From positions 54,250,001 through 54,314,000 of the forward strand of contig OZ024748.1 of NCBI GenBank assembly GCA_964016885.1: DNA of 64,000 nucleotides, read 5' to 3'. Origin of the DNA: Eledone cirrhosa (Eukaryota). The translations under genes were made by a program, and so were the position numbers. This document shows, piece by piece, positions 40,667 through 54,340 of this stretch. The notes under the pieces were generated by a model, which saw only the letters and a program-made list of their open reading frames with translations, did not search any database and was not told where the DNA came from. Within the stretch, counting starts at the first letter, position 1; the number at the start of each line of letters is the position of its first letter.

Positions 40667-41112
40667 ATGTGTATATATATATATATTTAAGCGTCTCTTA
40701 TAAGATACTTAATTCATAAATTTGCATACTCTCACAAGCACATATACAGAAACACTCACACAATCGTATGTGTGTGCATACACAATATATATGTGTGTGT
40801 ATACTCATTCACGCGCATACATATAACAGACTCACACACAGACATATATATATATATACATACGCATATACACACACACAAGCATAGCATACGCGAGTTC
40901 GTATGTTCCATATGTTTTCTATGGGAAATTTCTCAGACATATCTCGTTTTCCTTTTCTCCTCAGTTAGGTTCTTGTCTGGTTCTATTGTAACCTTTTGTG
41001 TGGAACCAAGACCATAAAATCTGGTGAGTTACCAACTCTAGCATCGACCTACACCTGCCTTCCACTTCCACCATTATCACCCTATCCTTCTCTCTCTTCT
41101 TGCTTGCTCTCA

Positions 41113-41184
<72 letters not shown>

Positions 41185-41233
41185 TACATGCATTCATATA
41201 TACATATAAACATATACATACATACACACACAG

Positions 41234-41268
<35 letters not shown>

Positions 41269-42879
41269 CATATATGCACACATTCATTTATATATACACA
41301 TGCATATATACATATAGCTATATCTATATCTATATGTTCGTACATACATATTTACATACATACACATTTATACGTTCATACACATACACATGCATACATA
41401 TATAAATGATTATATACACATGCTCACGGACATACTGTATATACTTATATAGATGCTCATGCAGACACTTCATACAAAAAGTAACACATACACACACACA
41501 TATATATATATACATACATACACACAGGTTGTATAGATTAATGTATATATATGCTGTGATTACGTCCCTCTACACTGTGTGACTCAGGTATGCAGACAAT
41601 ATATATTTATACATACCTCTATAAACACTTGCACTCTCATACAGCGACATACATATACACATAAATACATTCCACACATACACATACACACATACACATA
41701 CAGACATAGTTATTCTAAAATATGCTTATGCATACACCCCCTCCACCTCCCGTCTATTTCTTACCCTCTCTTTCTCTCTCTCTCTCTCGCTCTCCCCATC
41801 TCTCTCATTCTCTTTCTGTCTCCAACCTCCCTCTCTTCCTGTATCTAACTCTCTTTCTCTCTCCCTCGATCATTCTCTTTCCTTCCCTCTCTTTCTCTGT
41901 CGCTATCATTCTCTTTCCCTTCCTCTCTTTCTCTGTCTCTATCTTTCTCTTTCCATCGCCCCCCTCTCTCTCTATTCCTCTCTACCTCTCCCTTTCTCTA
42001 TCTCTATCAATCTCTTCACCTGTCTCCCGCTCCTTCCCCTACAGTTATCTCTCTACCCCCCCCCACCCCCATTCTCCTGTCTGCTGTAATTTGCTGTGTT
42101 CAGCTTTCTCACCTGTTCTGCTATCTTTGTTTCATGTTTAATTATATTTATTACCTCTCTTCTATTTCATTCATGTTTTACTTTTATTATCAATCTTGTT
42201 ATTCTTGCTGGGGTTCCTATTTTAACGAAGCCATATACATACATACATTCACCCCCCCCCCCCCTACACACACACACACATATAATGCTTGTCATTTGAA
42301 TGAAGGCATGTGGCCTAGTGGTTAGGGTGTTAGTAATATCATGAGTTCGATTACATAAACGGATGTTGCGTTGTGTTCTTGAGCAAGATCCTCTATTTCA
42401 CGTTCCAGGAGAAACATAAATCACCTCCAACACCGCCATCAATAAAACCAATACTACCATCACCGACACCAGTGCCACCATTCCCTACACCATCATCACT
42501 AACATCAATACCACCATCATCACTAACATCAATACCACCATCACCAATATAACACTAATACCACCATCATCACTAACATCAGTACCACCATCACCAATAT
42601 AACACTAATACCACCATCATCACTAACATCAATACCACCATCATCACTAACATCAATACCACCAACACCATCACAACAATCATTCACACCAACACCAACA
42701 CAACTATCGCTAACACAACCATCACCACCACTAACGCCATCATCACCACCACCACCACCACAACAAACTCTCGTATCTTAGCAATAACAATTGTTGCCTG
42801 TATCTTTAATTAAGTTTTCCCTCTGCAAGCGGATTTGATAGCAATCAATGGAAAATAATTGACTGAAATTATTTTCAGT

Positions 42880-43030
42880 TTATCGCCATACCTTCAAGTA
42901 TTTAGTTCTTCTTTATCTAGCTCCAAGTATTTAGTCCTTTCTTTAATACCATACTTTCAAGTATTTAGTACTTTAACACCATACCTTCAAGTATTTAGTC
43001 CTTTCTTTAACACCATACCTTCAAGTATTT
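42880..43030. repeat. ~28-32-bp tandem repeat (ccataccttcaagtatttagtcctttctttaa) x5
   Basis: Direct reading. Confidence 0.8.
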
Positions 43031-43361
43031 GTTCTTTTTTTTTAATCTAAATTGAGTTCTAATCTCATTCAAATTGATTTAACGTTTCATAACCTTTGAT
43101 TGTGGAGGGCTAAAAAATAAGTACCAGTAATGTACTGAGGTGGTTTTATTGACTATTGTCTTTGTGCCACTCCCACTTGCCAAAGATGTTAAGAGTTGAG
43201 TTAAATTAAAACAAAGTCCTTTATGGAACTGACCTTTTATCAAAGGCAATCCCTATATTAGCAGATAACAGAAGAGTAATTATTTAATGTGTGCGTATCA
43301 AATCTTTGCATTTAAAACCAATTACATATACTGTTGTTGTTGTTGTTGTGTGTCAGCATTA

Positions 43362-43701
43362 TTAACCCTTTCGTCTGATATGTCGTCCGCCTCGTGGTCC
43401 CGGCCGACAGGATGGGGATTATGCTTAATTTTTATTAGTTGATTCAATGAACGAATCAAAAATCACCATTTTCGAAAATGTGGGGTTTCTGCCCTATATA
43501 AATTCATTTCATGGTCTAAACCGGACCACGGTGTTTATCATCGGATTCATTCCCAAATTGGCAAAGTTGCCAGGATAAAAAAATGCGAGCCCCACATGTG
43601 TTTCTTTGCTCACCTTAGGAAGTACACTTAAAGAGAATCCCAGAATCCCCGTCAATATCACCCCCGTTATTATCTTAATGACCACAACAGTCATCAGGGT
43701 T
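43362..43701. mobile_element. Possible degenerate TTAA-MITE
   Basis: Left end TTAACCCTTTCGTCTGATATGTCGTC; the right end reads AACCCTGATGACTGTTGTGGTC on the minus strand (imperfect match). Confidence 0.35.
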
Positions 43702-43707
43702 GTTGAC

Positions 43708-43915
43708 TGGCAAAATTGGTAGAGCGACCAACAAAATGCTTTCCGCTGTTTCTTCCTGCTCTTTACGTTCTGAATTCGAATCTGGCTGGGGGTCGGTCAA
43801 CTTTGCCTTACATCCTAAATAAAGTAACCAGTTAAGTACTGAGGGGTCGATATAATTGACTTCCGCCTCCCCCAAATTGCTGGCCTTGTACCAATCTTAG
43901 AAAGAATTATCGTTA
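43708..43915 (+). mobile_element. SINE family A
   Basis: TGGCAAAATTGGTAGAGCG A-box, GAATTCGAATC B-box, core, and tail aaattgctggccttgtaccaatcttagaaa. Confidence 0.75.
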
Positions 43916-44278
43916 TTATCATGCGTATTGTTGTTGTTGATGATGATGATGATGATGATGTCCAAGACGTCTCAACATGTCAGACACTTTACTTGCACCT
44001 ACCTCCTCCCCTCTCCACCTGTTCCCTAATCCTAATCTTTTATTTTTAATCCTTCACTAATCCCACTCATTGGACAGGGACATATGTATAATCACTTTTA
44101 CAAGTAATTACAAACTCTTTCACACTCTCTCCTCCTCCTCCTCCTCTCTCTCTTTTCCCCTTTCTTTCCTCTTCCTTCTTACTCTTTTACTTTCTTTTTT
44201 ACTTGATTCAGTTTTCCTGTTTTGTTTTAAACTTACTTTTTGTATTTCACTCACTCACTCACTCACTCACTCACTCAC

Positions 44279-44359
<81 letters not shown>

Positions 44360-45896
44360 TATGTTATAGTTATAATTCACGCATCGCGATTCTTTGCTTT
44401 ATGGCAAAAAACACATCTGGCTGAATGTGACCAAATTGGGGGTCAAAGATCACGAAATGACCTATTACATACATACGTACACGCAATACAGAAGATATGC
44501 ATACGCACAGACGTAAGTACGTACATGCTTGCAAACATACATATGGCATGCCAACGCACACACATAAGTACATACAATCATACATATGACATGTCGACCT
44601 ACATGCAAACACACATAGCACAACATAAAGAGTTGGCGTTTATGTGGCTGATCAGTTAGCTAGAAATAACTCCCGAATATCTTTAAAAGTATACTCTGTG
44701 GTACTAAATAGACAAGAGTACATTGGATAATGTAGTTCTAGGTATGCAATGCCTGAGAGAAGGACATGATGGTCAAGGTTGGAAGGCTTTTTGACTAGAG
44801 GTCACCTGAACCGCAGCAATGTTAAATAAAGGGTCTTTCAGAATGGTACAGCCCTCCACCCTGTCTGGAGTTTGAACCCATCATTTCACGACCGTGAAAG
44901 CAAACAACCTAACCACTAGATCACGTGCTTTCACCTTAACAGTCGTTTCTGGAATACTGATAATAATAGTAACCACATCGTGATGATCAGGATGATGATG
45001 TTTATGGTGGTGGTGGCATCAACGATGGTGGGGATTATGGGGGTGGTAATTTCATAATGACGGTAGTGGTGGCGTTGATGACATTAAGAAGGGTGGTGGT
45101 AGTGCTGTTGCTGAAGGCGGTGGTTAACTATCAGGTGTGGTCATAGAAACTAGGATGGTGTTTTAGAGTTAGCTTGGCATGGATGATAATGGAGATACTA
45201 TTGTATTTTCATCATGACAATGATGATGATGATGTGGATGGTGATGGTGGTGATGATTGGGATAATGGTGATGCTGTTATTTGATGATGTGGATGGTGAT
45301 GATGATGGTGGTAATGATGATGATAAATCTAATAACTCTGTTAATTGTTTGAAATGTTAGTCATGTCAATGAATGTCCAATCACGATCAGTTACTACTGA
45401 TGACGTCAGACTTGTGTTGCAACCCCCTTCCCCCTCTCTTGATATCGCTATGGGTTTGTTATTTATACCGGAACATATTCATTATTGTTTTAATTTAGTT
45501 TTAGAAGTTGTGAGAGTCTGTTTGTGATTGTCTGCAATTGTGTTTCTGGGTGTAATGCTGTCTGTGTGTGTTTCTGGGTGTAATTGCCTGTGTGTGATTG
45601 TATGTGTCTGTGTGTAATTGTGCGATAGTGTGTGTCTGTGTGTAATTGTGTGTGTGTATGTGCGCTTAACGCCAGTTTCCAAGACACAACTAATATCTCC
45701 TACTCTGAGAAATAAACGTAGTCTCATCCCATCCTCCAACAGTTATGTAGTGTTCTGAAGAGACCTAGACTAACCATTATGCAAAATATACGTGTTCAGA
45801 GCCTCAGGTAAAGTTTTTATCCTGTAGAGTATATTGGAGTTCTGTTCCATATTCTATATATGGCAATAGCATAGTCTCCTCAGTGCTAAAGGTATT

Positions 45897-46005
45897 TTAA
45901 AGGTTTTAATCCGGCTCTCTGTAGAACTAACTTTAAAGGTTTTAATCCGGCAAATGTAGAACTAACTGAAAAGGTTTTAATCCGGCAAATGTAGAACTAA
46001 CTTTC
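45897..46005. repeat. ~35-bp tandem triplication (aaggttttaatccggcaaatgtagaactaact)
   Basis: Direct reading. Confidence 0.85.
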
Positions 46006-46174
46006 CACTTTAGAAATAGACTAGAAGGCTTGCTGTAGGTTTGAACCCTCTATACCAGTGGTTCCAAACAGTTTTACTGACCTCTTTTAAATCATTTTCT
46101 TTTCCCACGGACCTTCCCTAGCTCCTGTATTATAATTACTCTCTTCTCAGATTGTTTTATGGCGATGATAATGA

Positions 46175-46470
46175 TGTCTAATTTAGGCATAAGCTTAGCA
46201 ATTTGAAGGGAGAGGAAAGTCGATTAAATCATTTCATCGACTATCCCCGGAAGGATGAAAGGTAAAGTTGACCATGGCGATGACAATGATTTCTTATTAA
46301 GGTACAAGGCTAGCAATTGTGTAGCACAGGAAGTCGATTATATCGACTCCGGAAGGATTAAAGGCAAAGTTGACCTCGGCAGGATTTGAAACCAGAACGT
46401 AGAGGGTCGAAACAAATACCACAAAGGTATTTTGTTCGACGCTCTACCAATTATGCTAATCCACCACGCT
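46175..46470 (-). mobile_element. Two tandem SINE family A copies
   Basis: ccggaaggatgaaaggtaaagttgacc appears twice; the second copy extends through the tRNA-like head. Confidence 0.75.
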
Positions 46471-47353
46471 CCAATCATGCCACGATGATAACAATGAAAC
46501 GAGAGAAATATATATTCTTGTAGAAGAATGGATACCCTATAGTGTATTCGTGTGTGTGTGTGTATTATGTTTTTAACAAAGTACTTAAAATTCTGAAAAT
46601 AGTTCACGGCAACTCCCTCCTCCCTCGTACTAGCTTTGCGGAGCGCCAGAGGTCTTCGGCTCCTCCAGATTGGGAATCACCTCTCTATGATCTTAAAGCT
46701 GGCATTAACAATATTCTGTCCCGATCTACTCGGCCATTTTGGATTCCCATGACCTGGGGAATAAAAGATTTCTAGAACTGGAAAAGTATTATAAAAATAA
46801 CAAAAAGCAAAATATAAAACACAAAATAATGGACAAAACAAACAATAAGATAGTTAAAACAAACAAAATCCGTAATAAAAACGTCTAAAATTAAAACAAA
46901 AAACAACATCAATTTTAGACAGAAAACCAAAATGTATTTTACTAACATCAAACTGACTCTATGTTACTACGATGACCTTTTTGTTGCTGTTGTTGTTGTA
47001 GTAGTTTAGGAGTGGGGTTACTTTGTATGACCTCTCTTCCAGAAGCTTCCGTTTCGTTTCGTTCTTTGCAATTTCCCCCGCCACCACCACTACCACCTCC
47101 ACCATCATCATTATCGTCATCATCATTGTGACCTCTTTCCACAAATTAACTAACCAACTTCTCTACTCTATAACAATTAGCAATAACGCCTTGCAATAAT
47201 ATATACTGAGATTTAACAATTATTAGCCTCAGCCAACCAGCCACCACCATTTCCACTACCACCATTCAGTTTCCTCTCTTACCAACAGACCGATGGTGGC
47301 GGTGGTGTCGTCGTCAGTAGGAGGAGAGAGTTGTGGGACTAATAATGCTGGAT

Positions 47354-47458
<105 letters not shown>

Positions 47459-48660
47459 CAAGTACCACCACCACTGAGTGTGTGTGGTGTGTGGTCTTAA
47501 ATAAATTGAAATATAGTTGGTGGTGTGAACCGAGTAGTTGTTAACTTAGGAATATATATATATGCGTGTGTGTGTGAGAGTATATTTATATATATATATA
47601 TACTCTCTCACATACATACTCAAATACATATATTTAAGTAACAGCCGTACTAAGAGTGAGAAATGAAATTTCGTTTCATTTTTTCCATTTATCGTTTTCG
47701 GTGCGCCCGGCCGACTGAAATCACTCGATATGCAAATTAGGCTGCTCAGCCGTTAATATGCATAAGGAAAGTATATACTTTCAGACGTTCAATCATCTGG
47801 CAGGAAGGTATACGATGCTGATGATAGCTAATAAGCTTGAAACTAGTACATCGTTCCTTTGTCAGTGTTGAACAAAAGGGCAACGATGGTTGCTAAACAC
47901 TGTACGGCTTAATTCGGGCTGTTTGTTTACAAACAAACCGAGCATTATAATAAATGTTCGGTAAACCCATACGTACATATATATATGTGTGCATGTATGT
48001 ATATATATACATACTACTGTACGTCTGTATACATATATGTATGTACGTATACATACTTATATATATATATATATATATTCTACATTTTTGTTTTGGTTTG
48101 TTGCTAGCTAGATTTGAAGTCTTTACTCTAATACTGTAAGTGTCTAATCCTAAAGATATTCTAAACATCTGAATTAACAAACCTGGTTGTAGGTATTTTC
48201 TGTTAAATCATTCATTTCAGGATGTAGAGAATTAACTTCTCGTGTCCTGTACTACATCAAACCACATTAGCAAGACATCCTTGAAAAGTACGAATCAGCA
48301 CCATGGCTGCATCCCGTTAAAAATTGTAGTCTGTACGACTGTAACATTGCAAATTTTTTCACAGCGATTTCTCCACTAGTAAAGATAATGTAAATATTTG
48401 AATCAACGAACCTCTTTTTTACTGTTTTTTTATTTTATTTTATATATAAATGAGATTTTCTGCTAAATTATTAAAGGATGTTAAGAGTTAAAACCATCAA
48501 GACAGCAGGCATTGCTAATTGTATAGTACAGCTTTTTTATTTCTGCGTTAGATGTCGCAGCCTCTGACTTACTTCCTTGGCAAAGCTGGTAGAAATCTCA
48601 ATTACACAAGTTGCAGAGTTTGGTGCAGTAATGCTGATGGTGTTGGCATAGTGTGATGTG

Positions 48661-48695
<35 letters not shown>

Positions 48696-49000
48696 CGAAA
48701 TAAAATATTTCGGGCATATATATATTACATGCATACACCCGCTGGATGTTCTAGATACGTTACACTGGGGGAAGGGGTCTGAGCGTGAGAAAATGTGGGA
48801 TTGTCATGGTTAGAACGGCCTTTGATCTCAGACCACGGTGAAAATGATCCAATATTTTGTCCAATGATTGTGATCCTTCTATGTATCTATCTATCTTTGT
48901 TCAGACATGAGTGGTCGTGGGGACTTTTACAGCTCTTTGGTCAAAGCAAATCGCCATTGACGTAGAAAACCTCTCAACAAACCACCTTGTGTAGGTGTAG

Positions 49001-49048
<48 letters not shown>

Positions 49049-50077
49049 CGAAAAACAATGATATAACAACTCAAAAATATGTCTATAATAACGTAAGAGA
49101 AAGCAAGCTCGCTAAACACCAACTTTGGTACATGTTATAAAGTTCCTCCTTTTTTATATATATACAAGGTGCGTTTTTTCATTATCTTTTTCCTTATATA
49201 ACCTGATCTCTATAGAACGTTTTCTAACGTCCACACTTTTCTTTCGCCATATATATATATATATATATATACTTACACGTGTGTGTATGGTATATGCTTC
49301 CTCATAAGTACTTCGTATGCGTCTACCAGCTTCTATGCTAGTTAGGCAGTTAGAAATGACGTACATGTGTGTGTATATATATATGTATACACGAGTGTAT
49401 ATATTACTGGTCACTCGAGACTGCGTATGGGCGTTGGTCAGTTGTGATAATTACAGCTTGGTAATTAATTAGTAGAGAAAATACTGAACGCCTTAGACGA
49501 CTTTTTGACTACACGAGAAGTGGTGTAGTGCGGTGGTATAGTGGTTGCTGGCGTAGTGGTGACGGTGTCGACTGGTGACGTCGATGGTCGTGTTAGTGGT
49601 GGTGGTGAAGGTGGTGGTGGTAGTTAGTAATGGTGATGATGGTGATTGATGGAAATGTCAGCATGACTTTGTTTTTTTTTTTAACAAGACAACAGCAGAT
49701 ACATACATAGACATTAATATAATACATATGATGAAAACATATACATATATACATATATATATAACAACTACATAAACATACACATTAATAGAATGTATTA
49801 AGACAGCTGTGCGTGTTTACGAGAGGAAATTGTCATTAATACTAATGAGTTTCGTCTCATTAGGAATTTAATTTAATTGGTTTAAATTTATTTTTGGTTC
49901 ACTCCACTAAGTATGATGTTGGCCATCATATTGACTATATATGTATGTCCTTCATGTTGAGGGCACCCTTGGGAAATATCGAATGTCATTATTATAAATT
50001 AGCTAATTAGAGAATAATCTTTTACAAAATCTATATCCTCTCGGTCGTTCTGTAATATGTTAAGTACGTTATATTCA

Positions 50078-50121
50078 AATTCGCTGAAAAGCTCTGCTTG
50101 GACCGAAACATGTCGGGAATT
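50078..50121 (+). ncRNA. Inactivated hammerhead relic (Penelope-type)
   Basis: aattcg-CTGAAAA-gctc tgcttg gacc-GAAA-CATG-TC|gggaatt. It has a palindromic ACATGT stem III and a GUC site, but core G8 is mutated and stem II has a mismatch. Confidence 0.35.
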
Positions 50122-50276
50122 GTCACCGTATTCAATGAAGATCAAACTTACTTCCGGTCGCATGTCTCCATACAATAATTAAGTTTTTAATCAATATCCC
50201 TTCCGGTGATCTTTCCCTTCACTTCCTTTAGAGAAAATTCTATGTGTGTATGTGTGTTTGTGTGTGTGTATATCTA

Positions 50277-50371
<95 letters not shown>

Positions 50372-50390
50372 CTTTCTATACCTTTCAGTT

Positions 50391-50421
<31 letters not shown>

Positions 50422-50423
<2 letters not shown>

Positions 50424-50630
50424 CACCTATCTCTATTCCATACTCCGTCTAAGTCTACACTCACACACACATATATATATATACGTATGTGTATATATAA
50501 ATATACACCTGTCTCTATTCCATACTCCGTCTAAGTCTATACTCACACACACACATATATATATATACGTATGTGTATATATAAATATATACCTATCTCT
50601 ATTCCATACTCCGTCTAGTCTACACATATA
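50422..50630. repeat. ~85-bp tandem triplication embedded in microsatellite
   Basis: acctatctctattccatactccgtctaagtctac x3, separated by CA/TA runs. Confidence 0.8.
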
Positions 50631-50757
50631 TATATATGGATGCAACACAACGAATCCACACACACTCGTGTGTACATATACGCGTACGAAATCTCGCACG
50701 CCCTGTCCACGTCAACCCAACTGCCATAATTGTCTGACAAAAGCAGTCACTAACACA

Positions 50758-50811
<54 letters not shown>

Positions 50812-51250
50812 GTACGTATGCGTGTGTGTCTATATGTGTGTGTATGTAGGTAAATGTATGTAAGGTATGTATATAAAACTAATAAGAACAGATGTAAGCT
50901 TATGGTTGCTTTCTATTCAAGTTGATTTTGATTAAAAAATATAAAAACAAAACACATGAAATAAAAGAACATTAAAGCCAAACTAAAAATATAAAGAAAA
51001 AAGACAAGAAAATAAAAAAAAAAAGATCTGAAGTTATTTAATTAATTTCGTTGTTGCTTCTCATTATTGCTGGCTTTTGTTGCTTACGAATTTCACTAAA
51101 ATCTCTGTTAACCCACATATATATACAGGTATATATAACTGCATAGTTGTACTGCATACTTTTCAAACATATATATACACACATACATACGAACGTACAT
51201 ACACACATAATTACAAACATACATACACATGAACGTACACACACACACAC

Positions 51251-51286
<36 letters not shown>

Positions 51287-51393
51287 TGGTGAATACATAC
51301 GTATATGCGTATAGTACATAACTATGTAAAACCCGCACCCAAACTGTCCATTCCTGTTATACACAGTAGCTGAAAAACTCTGATTTTTGTATG

Positions 51394-51442
<49 letters not shown>

Positions 51443-51629
51443 CATGTTAGTGATTTCAGAAGACGGCGTTAATTTAGAGATTTAGGGCAAACCTGAAGGA
51501 GATATAAGCACCGTTTTTTAATTAGAAGTTTTAGCTTTGGAAAGAATAAATTGTGCAGTGTAAACACTTTTCACTATTCCTCTGTCTACAGAAAAACACG
51601 GGAGATTATTCTGGTGCATTCCAGCCGTT

Positions 51630-51860
51630 ATTGTCCTCATCAGTGAATATCTAACCTTACAGTTTCGAGGGTGGAGAAGTATCTCTGGCTCCTTTAAAGC
51701 AAATAATGTTCTCTCCTGTCCCTTCAGTCACTACACCATAAAGCTAGTTCGTTATTGGCGTATCAGGTGATGCTCGCTAAGGTGCTTGGTTATTCAAGCG
51801 ACTTAGCCACGCTATCACTCGTGGTAATGCCGTGTGTATTGGCTTGCCTCCTGTTGTGAC
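51630..51860 (+). mobile_element. Decayed CRE-like (restriction-like endonuclease) non-LTR retrotransposon 3' coding fragment
   Basis: Translation IGVSGDAR*GAWLFKRLSHAITRGNAVCI (51754-51840) matches the C-terminal SGD.R...L.QRLS.AIQRGNA..I motif; a PYSFE relic lies upstream. Confidence 0.65.
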
Positions 51861-52736
51861 GGGTCATCGGGAAACTTTTGACGGTTAAAAATGTTATTTT
51901 TAAATATCTCATCTTCTCCTTTTCCAGTGATATACTCTTGTCTTGGGAATCACGCTATATGTACCTGTTTCTATTCACGGCCACCCCACTGGCCCTTCCA
52001 CCTACCCGTCCTATCGAACTGATAATGTCTTTAAGAAGAAACAGAGAAATCCCTTAACAAAAGTTATCTCTACTTTCTTCTTCAGCCAAATTCCTCGCCC
52101 TCTCCCTCTCATCTACTTCCTTAAGTTCCATTTTGATGTGGAAGGTGAGAATCGTGATGGAGAGATACTACCCTCGGGTGGAAGTTTCTGTGACAGTAGT
52201 GAGAATGGATCGCTTATGTAGGTCCTATTCTCAGCACCTTTGGCTTGCAGTTATTGCTGTTATTGTTGTTGTCTATGATGGTAATAATTGTTTCTGATTA
52301 AAGCACAAGGCCAGCAATTTTGAGGCAGCGGAAAGTTGATTAAACCGACCCCAGTGCAGGACACACCTCTGTCTCTGTCTTCATGCATCCGGCGTCCTTC
52401 GATAATAGAGGAGACGGTGTGATTTGGCTGCTGTTTCTAGCAGATGCAATGACTACATAGAGACAGCATTTTTCTGTGGTTTACAGTTGTTGTTGTGGTG
52501 GTGATGATGATGGTGATAGTATTGATGATAATGATGATATGGTGATAGTGGTGGTGTTGGTGTTGGTGGTTGTCTTTCCATGTGTCGTCTTTACCTCTCC
52601 ACACCGCCACCCCACCTCCGCCATCGTATCCATTCCGCTAACCCGGTCAGCTTTTCTCCTCCCTGCCCCAATCCCTTCCATACAATATACACAACGTCTT
52701 CTCTTCCTTATCTGTCTGTATGTCGGAAAACTAGGT

Positions 52737-52768
<32 letters not shown>

Positions 52769-53605
52769 CGACAGATCTAGGACGGGGTTGATGAACCCCC
52801 AAATTGTAAAGTCGTAACGAAGAACAGACATAGAAAGGCCGCTTCTCTTATCCCAAATCTTCGACTCCCCTACTTCTCCATTCTCTCTCTCTCTCTCCTT
52901 CCTTCACCATTCTCACTCTTTCTCCCTCCTTCACTATTCCCTCTCTCTTTACCTCTCTCATTCAATCTCTCTCCTTTTCACTCTTCTATTTCTCTCTCTC
53001 CCCCCCCCCCCCCCCCCGCAACCCAACCCTCTGGCCGTGTTACACCACAACCACCACCGCCACCACCATCACATACCGTCATAATCTGTTATCTATTGGC
53101 CGCTTCTCCCCTCCACCCCCGCTTTATCCCCCTCTCTTTCTCTCTCTCTCTCTGGTGTGTTCACCGCCGCCACCACCACATGCCGTTGTTATCTGTTATC
53201 TATTTACCGCTCCTCTTTCCTCCACCCTACCTCCTCTCTCTCTCATCTTCATCTTCTCCCCTCCACTCCCACTCCTACACTACACTATGTAGAGGTGTGA
53301 TGGCTACACAGCTGACTCTCATCGTCTGCAAAACTTCCCAACACAACAACAGTGTTTACTGTGGCGGTGGCGGTGGCGGTTGCATTGATGGTGATGGTGA
53401 TGGTGGCAGCATTGTGGATAATGATGATGATGATGATGATGATGATAGTGGTAGTGTTGGCGGTGGCGGTGTGGAAGGAACTGTCTGCACCTTTGTTATC
53501 GTACAGCTAGCTTCCTCATCATTTATTTCTCTCTTCACTCACACATATATACACACACATATATATACATACACACACACACATATATATATATACATAC
53601 ATACA

Positions 53606-53656
<51 letters not shown>

Positions 53657-53908
53657 CACTCACATATACGCACAGTCCTACTCTTTCTCTCCATTGATGT
53701 GTGCGTGTAAATACACACACAGACATATACAGTTAGATATACATACCTTCATGCTTACGTGAGCACATGCAGAAACACGGTTTCACCCCCCTTTCTCTTA
53801 TATACATACCTGACAGTAAAAGATGTATATATAGTACACACAAACACGTATATATATATATATTTTTTTTTTAAGCTTGTTGAATCCCAACAAATTAAAT
53901 ATAACCTC

Positions 53909-53978
<70 letters not shown>

Positions 53979-54015
53979 AAGTAATTCCATCGGAAAAGTC
54001 CAGGAAAAAAGAGTG

Positions 54016-54056
<41 letters not shown>

Positions 54057-54059
<3 letters not shown>

Positions 54060-54149
54060 TAAAATAACAAATTAAAGTTGAATCAAAGAATCGCTGCTTT
54101 CGGTGAAAGCAGCGATTCTTTGCTTAAACTTTAATCTGTTATTTTAATA
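54057..54149. repeat. Long inverted repeat (fold-back hairpin): 45-bp arms, 3 mismatches, 3-nt loop
   Basis: tattaaaataacaaattaaagttgaatcaaagaatcgctgctttc-GGT-gaaagcagcgattctttgcttaaactttaatctgttattttaata. Confidence 0.9.
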
Positions 54150-54274
54150 TATATACTCACTGATAACTTTGTATTACCCTCAATAAATGTACTATCTCCA
54201 CTATCCAGGAAGCTCCAACTGTTAAGGTTATCTTTTTTCAGGGTATGTCAATATTTATTTATAAAACAAATCTG

Positions 54275-54340
54275 TATTTTATCTGATGAAAGCGCACCAT
54301 AATTTGCCTTGGTTTTCTTTGAAATATGTATAATAAAATA
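54275..54340 (+). ncRNA. Second, more decayed copy of the same hammerhead motif
   Basis: TATTTTAT-CTGATGA(54283)-degenerate stem II-GAAA(54321)-ATATGTAT-A|ATAAAATA. Stem I is 8 bp, and the flanks match the 60.7-kb copy (taataaaa...atgg). Confidence 0.5.

Noticed and set aside
49842-49863. CTAATGAG-tttcgt-CTCATTAG 8-bp hairpin resembling a ribozyme core or terminator
   Set aside because: Too short and lacks hammerhead topology; expected by chance.
51600-51655. Minus-strand CTGATGA...GGAA hammerhead-like string
   Set aside because: GAAA core and stems are broken, and it overlaps the start of the CRE-like coding fragment on the other strand.
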